DNA from: Azolla caroliniana
Taxonomy: Eukaryota; Plantae; Polypodiophyta
Direction: 5' to 3'
DNA: 64,000 bases
Assembly (NCBI GenBank): GCA_043228905.1
Contig: JBHGNT010000005.1
Coordinates: 7,502,001-7,566,000 of the forward strand
Shown here: positions 49,839 through 61,381 of the stretch, one piece after another
Numbering within the stretch: position 1 is the stretch's first letter
Layout: every line of letters begins with the position of its first letter
Made by a program: the position numbers and the translations under genes
Notes under the pieces: model-generated
Told to the model about the DNA's origin: nothing
What the model saw: only the letters and a program-made list of their open reading frames with translations
Databases searched by the model: none

Positions 49839-52708
49839 TCATTGTGGATTAATGACATTTGATGATGCTTTTGTGTCCCCCGACTCCAGAAGCTGCATAA
49901 GGGACCATAACACTTCGAGGCGGTGCACCTCTCGATCAGCCTGGTCATGCAAACAAAGATAGTTAACTTTCAGCAAAATGGCAAATCACCCACTAATTAA
50001 ATCTTTGAAGTTAAATGCATAATCTAAAATAGAACTTTAAAGGACACTTCAAACACGCGCCGGAGAACTTTGTACTAAAAGACTTGTTGCATCGCAGGAT
50101 ATAGGTGAATTGCAGCTCAAAGAAGACACTACAAAAAATGGATGGCTCCGCATAATATATATACATACCTCAACCACAAATTTTGCCCATAGCTTGTCAT
50201 TTCTTGTTTCCATGATGCCCTTCAATATGGTGAGCCCTGACTTCTTGATAGACTCTGGGATATCCAAGATGACGCTTTCCTCTTCGCATAACATCTGGAA
50301 GACAAAAGAAAGCATCGGATAACTACGTACACGGGAAGCTTGTGAAGGCATTATATACGGAACCAAAAACCGATACGCCAAATAAATAATAAAATTACAA
50401 TGCACTTATCATTGCAAATACTCTGCCCTCATCAAATTCAGTCTTATTTCAGTCTTTCAAGAATGTCAACTAGATTTAACCACATGACAAATGCTTTTAC
50501 CTCAACTAGGAACTGGCCAGGTTGCCTAAGGTTTTCTACTACAATTGGGCATGGCTTTCCCTCCTCACCTAGCTCCACTGCCCAACTTGCACCACCACCA
50601 CCACCAAAATTTGTGCTAGGCCCATTGTCTTTGCCCTCCTATGATGAAGATTCGTTGTTAGTGGTGCAGAGACAAATCTTGATGACATCAATTCGTTACG
50701 AAACTTGAGAAATAACAAATATTATTTGCTTACCTGCAACTTGATGGTTTCATTCCACTTCATTGTTACTGTCTGTAAGAAATTGATGTATTTGATTGTC
50801 TTCTCCAGCAAAGCATCAATGCTGCACTGTTTTTAAATAAAGCATGGGCACAAACAGTTAAAATACATACATCCACGTACCCTAGATCCTAAATGCTAAA
50901 CGTAATATAAATATATAGATAGATAGAATCTAAACCGTAGATGAATATGTTATGTATATATATGTATGCATTGCTTAAACCCTACACCAGAAATCCTGAT
51001 TGGTGTATATCCTAAAAACTCTGAACTGTAGATAATATACTAGTTGATGAATGCCAATTGATTCATGCTATAAGCTTGTGAGAAAGTAGAATGATTCATG
51101 GTCTGATACCTTTTTGGAGCTTGGAATGATGTTTCGAAGCTCAAGCACACAATCTTGAATTTGCTGACGGTCCTTCGGCCGGGGCCGAGGATTCTCTCCA
51201 CTTCTCGACCTCTTTTTACCGACCTGGACTTGTTCACTTCTCCTTGTCGGCAATCCCACCCCCCGTGGTGCTTGTTGCAACAACATTGGCATACTCTCAA
51301 AGCTTGCCGATCCCATATAATGATCAACTTTTTGCATTTTGGCATACCTCTCTTGATGAACACCGGGCATAGAAACCATCCCAGGTAAAAGTTGCACTCT
51401 TTCTTTAGAGTCATTTGTAACTGTTGAGCCGAACACATCTTCTAGGTTTGTATAGGGATCCCAGAAAGAGACATGGCCTAGCATTTTTGATGGCGTGGAT
51501 ACACATCCCTTTGTCAAGCTTGCGTGATCATCATCGATACTTTGCTTTTCTTGCATTCTCTTGAGAGATGCTAGAAAATCGTCGAACTCTTCGAGTTCCC
51601 GGCTGAATGCATTGGGTGCACTGCTCTCAGGCTGTGCCTCTAAGCCAACCAATGGTTGCTGCATGTTCTTCATATAGCTTTCCCATAACAAGGTGGATAA
51701 GCTATCATCTCCAAGGCCAATGGAAAACCCTCCACAATCATGGTTCATTTCTTTTTTTCTTTCTTCTTCTTCATTCATAACATTCAATACATTACCGTGG
51801 TCATCTAGGGTTTTGCATGGAGAACCACTAGAACAGATATTTTCCACACAAAGAACATCGCTTGCTTTGCTTGAAGTCTTTCCTACGTGGCCAATATTTT
51901 CCAGAGAAGAATGCTGTCCAAATTTATAGTTCACTTCGTGTTGTTCTTCTGTCATGGAATTTAACCCATTCTCATTGTAATCAAGGGTTTTGCATGGACT
52001 TCCACTAGAACAGCTCTTTTCAACACGAGGAGAATTGCTTGTATTCTTTGATGTCATTCCTACTAGGTAAATATCTTCCAACAAAGAAAGCCCTCCAAAA
52101 TTATGGTTCACTTGCTCGTTTTGTTCTTTTTTCATGAAGTTTGATCCATTCACATGGTGGTTTAGGATTTTGCATGGATTATTACTAGAAGAGCTTTTTT
52201 CTACACTGGGAAAATTGCTTGTTTTGTTTGAAGACATTCCTATAGAACTAGTTGGACTATCTTGGGAAGGGTCACATGGTATGACAACATCTACAACCCT
52301 ATCCATTGAAGTTATTCTGGAGGATCCAGATGCACCAGTAAGCCCCTCAAATAATAGTGGTGGCCGAATAAAATCGTCATCACCAGAGGAGCATGATGAA
52401 ATATTAGGTAGATTACCATGCCATATTTGTGAGCTAGCAAAGTCTGGACTAAGGAAATGTGGAGAGAGTGAATGTAAGTGATGAGATGATACACATGATG
52501 ATGACATCAAAGTATTGTTACTCAAAAGAAATGGAAATGAATGGAAAGAAGATGATCGCAGATGTTGTACTGCTGCCACATTATCACCCCCACCACAAAA
52601 TTTGTCTCCTGTAGCCATGAAGCTATCATACATATCGAGTGCTATCGGTCTCCTTAGATTTGTTGCCATGTTGTTTAATGAAACGGGCATGGAATAAAGG
52701 CCATCCAT
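49839..52708 (-). CDS. LONESOME HIGHWAY (LHW/EMB1444)-like bHLH transcription factor with ACT-like C-terminus; 5 coding exons, about 685 aa
   Basis: Exons 52708-51110, 50826-50734, 50638-50501, 50294-50169 and 49940-49839 are all GT-AG and in frame. Motifs GENPRPRPKDRQQIQD...CSIDALLEKTIKY, GASWAVE...CPIVVENL, MLCEE...GLTILKG...WAKFVVE and VHRLEVLWSLMQLL. Confidence 0.9.
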
Positions 52709-55700
52709 GCTTCTCAGATTAAGGTAAGCGGGTCAAAAAAATTACAACTCCGAAAATGCCCTCCACAAATTCAAACAAATCTTTTCGGGCAAAGGACAGC
52801 TTCCAAATCCTCTCATATCTGCATAACATTGATGTTTTGCCAAAAAACCAATTATCAGTAAAGCCATGCCAACCACAATTCTCTCTGTGTGTGTGTGCGT
52901 ATTGTGTGTTCGTATATATGTAGATATGTATAATATTTTTCATAATTTCTAAGTTTGATTACCATCTAAAGTGAAATTCAGCTCTACCACGCATTCTAAT
53001 ACTGCGATATATTGCTGCAATCATCCAAGCAGAACAATAAGTACAACATTTATCATATGGTTTCACCATGAAGAGAATGCACCACTATCAAAATTTAATG
53101 TTGCATACCCAAGACCTATGGTTTCATGATTAATGGAAATGAGCATTATCAAAACATCCTATGATGCATACGCAAGAACGTTTTTTCTAAAAGAACCTAA
53201 ATTTCCAGTTGTAAGGAACAACCTTGATTCTATACAGATGGGGGCATTCATGTCATCAAGTTTCACATGCTTTTTCCAGATATGAAGCCTTCAGTTAAGT
53301 CCAAAAAAAGGTCTAAAGCTACCTATATACTGACCCACCTTTCCATTATCATGCTGACCATGGATCTTGGATAAACATTGCCTTAAGTTGAGTGTCTAAT
53401 ATGGCAAGCCTTACTTGCCCAAAAGGGACCATACTACAATATGATCTCTAACACCCTTGATATGTTATTGATATGCACTGCTTTCAGCCAACTAAGCCTT
53501 AAAGAGGGGGTTTACAACTCTTGGAATGGAGATCTAGCTACAGTTGTTTTATCTACTCAAAGAAACATCCAAACATGGGAGAATGATTAGGGTTTTCTTT
53601 TTATGTGGAGTACAGTACATGAGTAGAAATTGTTAACTGTGAGGGGGACAAAAACAATGCAAATAGGGCAGGGTGGGGTCTCTCTGATGAATTGCAAAAA
53701 AAACTCTCTGGGAAAGCTGAATGCAATGCAAACCCCAATAATTCTGATTCCTGGCAAAACAAAAATAATAATAAAACAAATGGCACCCTGTTTTTTTCCT
53801 TCCTTTTTTTGGTTTAGTTTTTGTTGGGTAGTAAGGAGAATGAAAGAACTGTGGGGAGTGTGCAATCTCAAATAATTATGAATTTGCAATCCATTAGACT
53901 ATCCTTTTACCTCATTGATCAGCAATGAGAAACCAGAATCTTGAAAAATGAAGGGGAAAGATGGAAAAAAAAAACACCCAGATCTCAAAATGACGTAAAA
54001 AGGAGATCCCATCTCTTAAAATGGAAGAGAAAAAAGAAAACCCAAATGTCAAAAAATGAAAGGAAACATAAAAAAAAGAGAGAGAGAGAGCCATATTTCC
54101 TAAATAGATTGAAGGAAGAGAAAGAAGAGCCCTCTCATCCAGACCCTCAAAAACACGGAGTCAAAAAAAAAAGTTTCAAACAAACAAAAAAGCTCAGTGT
54201 AAATAACAAAGATTTCACGAGCAATGAAAAGGGGGAAGGGGGGGGAAAGAGAGGTAAAAAAGAAAAAAAAGGTGAGTAAAAAGAATGCCTTCAGCTAAAG
54301 AAGAAATTTTAAAGAAAACGAAGAAGAAATCTTGGATTCTTGAAGCTTCCCTTCAAAGTTCACCTTCTGTGAGTGTACGATCGGTGGAATCAGAGAATGT
54401 CTGTCGCTGCAATGTCAGGGTGTGAAAGAATATTTTGGGCACAGTTTTTTGAACCAACCCTCCATAATATGTATATATAATATGCATATACATGTAACAT
54501 ATATAATTGAACACAATAATGTATGTATAGTATAGTATAGTATGTATACCCAGCAGAATGTAAGGAGACTGTTAACATCCCTCCCCCTTCCAATTTCTTG
54601 ACAAGACATGCTTTTTTCCATTGCTTTTTGCATCCACATTTCATTTGCTTCCTTTTCTTCATCTCTGCTTCTCTTGGCTCAGTTTTCCTGCTGGTTTTTT
54701 TTTTCTTTTTTTTTGGGGGGGGTGGGGGAGGATTTCTGCTTCTTGGGTTTTATTCATTTTTATTCTATTTGCTCTGTCTGCTTTTTTTAGAGCACAATCA
54801 TCATCATCATGTTCACTCATCTCTCCCCTGTCCATCTTTGGTCACAGTTTTGTGTTTCCTCTGTTTTTTCTTGTTAAAATATTGCCCAGGCCCTGTTCTT
54901 ATATTCATATTACCCCTTCCTTATCTTTTTGGTGTGTGTTTATGTTCCCATGATTAAAAAGCTCATAACCACATTTTTGCTTTTGTAAAGCTTGTGTGTA
55001 CAAAACACATGTGGTCCAAGGAAAGCATTCAAAATCGATGACTTCTCTCGCTCTTCGGGGGTTAGGCCTTCGGACACATACAAGCAAATGCTTGTGTGTG
55101 TGTGTGTGTGTGTGAATGTGTTTGTGTTCATAAGTGCATGAGCGCGCCAAACAATTGCCGATGATGTTTCAATCTGGACCATTTGTTTCTCCCTAGAGCA
55201 ATGTTTCCTCAGCTTTGCATCGGGAATGAAGATTCATTTTAAATTATGTTTTTTTTATTTTTACTAGTGTTTTATAGTCTATGACCAACCACTCTAGCCC
55301 ATAGGCCTATAAAAGAAGTGATGCATACATTTACTTTACTGGTGTCCAATACATCGACATAATGGGAAAAGAGTGCATTCGCTGATGTTTTCAAGGACAA
55401 CGCAAAAAGCTCCAACGTGTACAAGAATGTAAAATGTTTGAAATCGATATATCCTTGCTTTGGTAGTATTTATCAGGTTCGAGGTGTCCCTCTTGGTGTA
55501 TGCCGACTTGCCACTTCCTTTGCAATATCTAATATCGCCCTTTGTCTTTTACCTTGTTATGAAAATAATGTCAATTATGCTTCGGATAGCTCAACTACAG
55601 TCTACATCTAATCTTTTCATTTTGATTACCCTCCGTGTAGCACCGCCTGATTTGTTTATCTTGTGCTTTTCATTGAGTAACTTTGGTTTAAACCTTAGAA

Positions 55701-57619
55701 TGTGTGGTGGTGGTTGTTTAATATATATTCCTAAACGTTTTTACATCACAGAACTTATTGTTAGCATCTAATCAAGAACGTATGTTAGATCAAAGCCCCA
55801 AACAAGCATCAAGGTTCCACTTTGCAATTGTTTGTGTTGCTTTGTATTGTACCATTAGTGACGCTCGAATGAGCATTTCTAGTGCAAATAATCTTCTGTT
55901 TGTTTTTTTTACAATTAAGAATATTATTATTGGCCCTTTTTTATGTTCAAGAACAACACATTGTTTTAGGGCTTCAATTTTTTCTTAAATGAATCATCAA
56001 CCACACATTTATATCTTATGAACACTTTGAAGTGCCAGCTATATTTTATTTTGTTGTATTGTATTTCATACCTTATACATCTAAACTTCACCTTTCATTC
56101 ATCATGTTAGACAACCCAATCGATTCTCCTAAGAATTTGCTTTTTGTATTGTTCAAATCTGCGTTTTTTTTTCCAAAAAAATATGTGCTACCTATTAGTT
56201 AAGAAGAAATACACGAGGTATCATATGTACGAGGGCCATGCCTCATATAGAGCTTCATGGCTTTGATTAACTCTAAACTAGAGGGGATCCTTCTATAGTC
56301 CATGGACGGTGGGGGGATGTCGAATGGGGGGGAATCCTCAGTGGGGAGAGCCATTTCAGCAGGAGATAGCACCATTGTATATTGCCGATGTGCAATCGGA
56401 GCATCGGTGTTCCACTCCACTTCAAAATGAAGGTTGCCCTTGCCCTAGATGTTGAGACTGTTTCGCCTTGAATATGTTCATAGCGGGATGGGTTCCCCTT
56501 GGAAGATCCTAGGGCAATGGTGCTTCCATATCTTGCCATGTTGTTAGACCTGCAAGTACGGTCTACAATAACTTCAGCTCTGTTGACTTTGTTTGTGACT
56601 AGGATAGAGAATCGGTTGTCCTAATAGTTCCTCGCTCCAATTGCATGAAGGGTCCCGATTCGTTGAATTGGGGAACTATGATTATTGCTCTATCGTGAGC
56701 CATCGGATCACTGCCCATGAGACCTCTCCATAACCTCCGTTGCGCGCTAGTATACGTAAACTTCAGTTCCATATATATCTTGTGCATGTACGCAAGACCA
56801 CAAGCAATGTTGAGATGATCCAATCTCTTCACCACACAAGCGACAAGTTGGGTCCAGTCCACGTTTGTTGCTCCGTTCCCGGTTAGAAGGGAATGATGGC
56901 TAAGTAGCCAAAAAAATGACTTTGTTTTTTAGGGGAGATTGGTAATCCATAGTTTCTCCCAAAACATGTGCAAGAAGAAGTAAGGTACGTTGTGTGATGC
57001 CCACCTTTTTTTAATTGAGGTTTTAGCTACCGGCTTTTGGAGTAATAGGCACCTTCCTATGCCCGTAGTATAGGCAAAGAAGTGCTTTTTCTTTTGTGTT
57101 TATTATCATCGCCTTTGTAAATCACAATGTTAAATGTTTTCAGTCCAAACATTGCGTTATGGTAAATGGAGATGTTATTTAAATGGGTTGGCGACATTAT
57201 CTCAAACTAATATTGTGGAGAGTTTTCATACACATCAAACCCTTCACTCTGAGTTGAACCCATGACCTTAATGTTTGTTTGAATCTTAGAATTTGATACC
57301 TAACTTCCCAAATATGTAAACTATAATTTTTTGAGGGATGGGTAAATGTGTTAAATATACTTAATAGGATAGGATATGTAATTCAAGCATAGTGGTATTC
57401 TAGATCATCGAGCAAGTTAAAGATAACATACAAAAAAACAAATTGAATGCTTGGAACCAAACATATTTTCCTCATGGAGATTTTTCAAAAGATTGATATC
57501 ATTGTTCATAAGCATCAAAGGTTTGATACTCCTCGAAGAAAAATAATTGAAGTCATCTCCATTTATACGAATATAGTTTTGATGTTCTAGTCATGTTATC
57601 TTGCACAAAACTCGATACA

Positions 57620-57706
57620 TATGTACGTGTATGTATGTATATATATATATTATTATATATATATATGCATGCATGTATGTATGTATGTATGTATGTATGT
57701 ATGTGT
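57620..57706. repeat. (TA)n/(TATG)n microsatellite
   Basis: Directly visible. Confidence 0.9.
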
Positions 57707-60553
57707 ATAAATATTAAACTCTTGCATTAAGCACACAAACAACCATGCAAAATGTACTAAGTTGTTGAGTAGGATTGAGATGACATTTTTGTTTTCTTAA
57801 ATTTCAATTCAATGACATATATTGGTTTCAAAAGATGGCGATTGCTCAATTTTTGTACGTATCTTATATGTTGATTGCTTGTTGTTTGTTCAAGTATTAT
57901 GAATGGAAATATTAATGATTAGCAATAAATATTAAGACTAAGAAAAGAATTGTTCAAGGTAGTGCTTGACCACACTGACCATCCTTGGAGGAGGGACAAG
58001 GCATAAAACATGAAATACCATCTAGATCCCATACCATTGAATAAGACACGTGCATCTTGAATGGATCTAAACAAACAGAGATTTGTCTCACCACTAGAGT
58101 CTCAACATGCCATCATGAAGGGGGTTGCTAAGTCTCGTTTATATGGCCCAACTCCTTAGACTCTTGAACTACCACATGTTCTTGCATGTCATAGGTCCAC
58201 ATAGGTTTGTTCCAAATCTCAAGATAATTGGTTTCTCACTTATCCTACCTCTAAGCCATTGAAACTAGCCTTTATAATTCCAAGTAACAACAACTTCCAA
58301 GTATCCATATACTCCCTTAAAATCTTAATTTTGGAAGTAGAACAAAACCAAATCATGTTAGGAAGGACAAAGTGTTTAGTGCAAATTAATTAGGTTTTAC
58401 TCGGCTATGACAATGTGCCCATATTTAGTAAGCACTTATGATTGTGGCAATCATAGCTTGTCTCGCAAAAGTTATGAACCCGCATCCCAAGCTTCAATTT
58501 TGAAGTTACCCACAAACTTTGTTAACTTCTCCTATCCAATACAAAAAAGTGACCACAAAAGGCCATATATTGTTTCATTTATTAATAATAAACAAAAATA
58601 CATTCATTTATATTCGAATGATGATTTTAACTTTTTTTATTGTATGCTAGCAATTGATGGATATCTAAAATTGCATTTTTTAAACAAACATTTCATATAG
58701 CAATCTTTTATGTAAACATTTCATAATTTGTCAAACGAAAGTAGACCATGTTTGAAAAGTATGGTATATTTTTGAAAACAAAATGGATTGATGAAAACTC
58801 TTCGATCAAGTCTATTAGTGCAATGTTCAAATCCTTTGTATACTTCAAAAGTAGTTCGTAAAGGGTGATAAACGTAAGAGAAAATGCTTAGAGCATTACA
58901 GAATATGAGATGGACATTATATATGAACACAAAATTCCATTTCACACAAAACGAACCAACCACGTTTGTAATGAATGGCTTTCTCTAGTTTTATATGCAT
59001 CTTCTTTAGCAACATATAAACATGAAAGTTTCTTCCACATGTACATATCATAATATAACTATTCCATGTGTTGTTGACCTTATGATATATATGATCTAAC
59101 ATCCATGCTGAAGACATCAAACCTTTCATATAATAAATAGGAGAATATCAAGGGATGAATAAGTAAGTGTTTTTTTTTGTCTCCCCAACATTTGGCATAG
59201 TTTCTAAAGTATCCATTTTATATTATCGTCATACATTCCAACGAATTATTGATGGATTGGCACGTTGTTGTTGTCTCCAAGCTTTATAACATGCATCAAT
59301 TGTTTACCTCTAAATATATCTATGTTTGGATATACAAGTAATTGCCACCAAAGAATCCAAGCTATCAAGTGCAAAAATGTTTTCATAGTTGACATGATAA
59401 GTTCAATGATATTTTCCTAGGTTGTGTTGAACATGTGAATACATGGAATTGGAGGAGCTAGCCATAGGAGCATGAACAAGCATGCATAAACACAAGACAA
59501 ATAAAGATTAGAGATGCGTGCACATCAATACACACACTAAAAAGGAGGTAAAGAGACAAAATGAGGATCAATAATATTATATCCAATTATCAAAGCATTG
59601 AGACTAGAGGAAACACAAGCTAGTATGTGAGGTGATTTTTCTCACCATTATGTCATTCACAAGAAGAGAAATATCGATAGGCCTTGTATAAGACAATAAA
59701 AGGAACACATGTTTCGTTGTAGAGAAATCCTATATAAAAGAAGGAAATTGAAGGGGAGGAGAGGGGGGAAGATTATTTTTTCATGGTCCATGAATTGTGA
59801 TTTCCTGACGAGGCCAACAAGACACACTGTAGAGTGTTGCACTTCTGAGGGTCACTATAGACTCTCAAGTGGTTATTGTCCTCTTTGTGTGGGCTAACCA
59901 AGGGATTAGGGTGGGTGTCACTTACCAATTGCAATGAACATCATTTTTCAACACATAAAAGCATTTACCTCTCCACTCTATTTAACCATGAAAACTTCAA
60001 AGCCTTCTTAAGTTAATATCAAATTAGCACACACTTAATCACTATACAAATTAAGAAATATAGTTCTCTTAATTCAATAGATAATTATTAGATAAGAAAC
60101 ATATGAAATGTTTTAATTGCATATTTAATTATTGTGTAAAGAACATGTATATCTCGATTAATTGGTGTGAAAATGCTACATAGAGAAAAGTGCCTCCTAG
60201 TGGATGCAAAAGGGAGAGAATGAGGACCAAAAGGTTGCCCCAAAGTTGGGGCACCCAAAGGCCCTTTTTACATGAGAACTCTTGCCCTTTCATAAAGTTG
60301 GAAACCCTAAACGATCTCTTTCACATTACAAGTCCATTGGCCATTAAACATTCATAACTAATAACGGGTAGTTATCCACAAATTACGATATACCCATGTT
60401 TCTCATATGTATTTGCCCTAAGAAAAATCTTTTAGATTGGAAAAACCAACCATTAAAGTGTTGTTACAAGTTACAACTAAAGAAATATGACATTATTTCC
60501 CTTAACAATCCAAACGTGAAACATTTCATTTATGTGTGGAATTTAGAAGTGAC

Positions 60554-61027
60554 TAACAATCGGCAATGGTTCGGTTTGATCCGAATCGAACCGCGAAACT
60601 GCGGTTTAACGGATTCAACGGTTCGGTTCGGTTCATGTTTAGGTTTTTATTAACGGTTCGATTCGGATTCAACTGTCAAAAGCGGTTTAAACGGTTTAAC
60701 GATTTTAACGGTTTAAAAAATTCTAAAATATTGTTTTTAAACAATCTTTTCATTTTTAGACCTTTTTCTCACATTTTAGGAACATCTTAAAATTTTAATT
60801 TTAAAAAAAATGAAATATTATAAATTTTAAAAATAAAAAATTTGACCAATGTTGAAAACCGAAACCGAACCATGAAACCGCGGTTTTTATGGTTTAATGG
60901 TTTAACGGTTTGAAAAATGTTTAATGGTTTCGTGGTTTGGTTTGGTTTGGTTCAAGTTCCAAAAATTTTAAACGGTTCGGTTTGGACCCTCTCAAATTGA
61001 ACCGAACCGAACCGTTGCCGATGGTTA
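60554..61027. mobile_element. hAT-type MITE (474 bp), same family as 18843-19212 in inverted orientation
   Basis: TIRs TAACAATCGGCAA / TTGCCGATGGTTA, 8-bp TSD GAAGTGAC (60546-60553, 61028-61035). The core TTTTAGGAACATCTT is the reverse complement of the core of the first copy. Confidence 0.92.
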
Positions 61028-61326
61028 GAAGTGACATTCATTGTGCAAGGGTTTCACAAATGAACATTAAGAGCATGTGATGTGAGAAAAATGTGTGCAA
61101 CAATTGGATAGAATTGACAATGTGTGGAAAATAAACTTAAATGTGGAGCATTGTATCAAAGTTTGATATTCATTCTCTTGAACTTGTTTAGGGCCAAAGG
61201 CACATAGTCAAGGGGTCTTCTTGCTTGTGCATTGATGATTCATCTCATATTAAAGAGAATGTTGACCATGTCTTGTTGAAATATTTGTCGTAGGGTTAGG
61301 GTTAGTGTAACAATACACAGACACAC

Positions 61327-61329
<3 letters not shown>

Positions 61330-61376
<47 letters not shown>
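61330..61376. repeat. (GA)n microsatellite at the L1 5' end
   Basis: Directly visible. Confidence 0.95.

Positions 61377-61379
<3 letters not shown>

Positions 61380-61381
<2 letters not shown>

Noticed and set aside
53400-53500. miR169-like hairpin (GGCAAG...CTTGCC)
   Set aside because: The stem is only 6 bp and the mature miR169 sequence is not present.
53912-54957. Lys-rich and Phe-rich ORFs of 60-119 aa
   Set aside because: Translations of A/T homopolymer-rich intron or leader sequence of the LHW-like gene.
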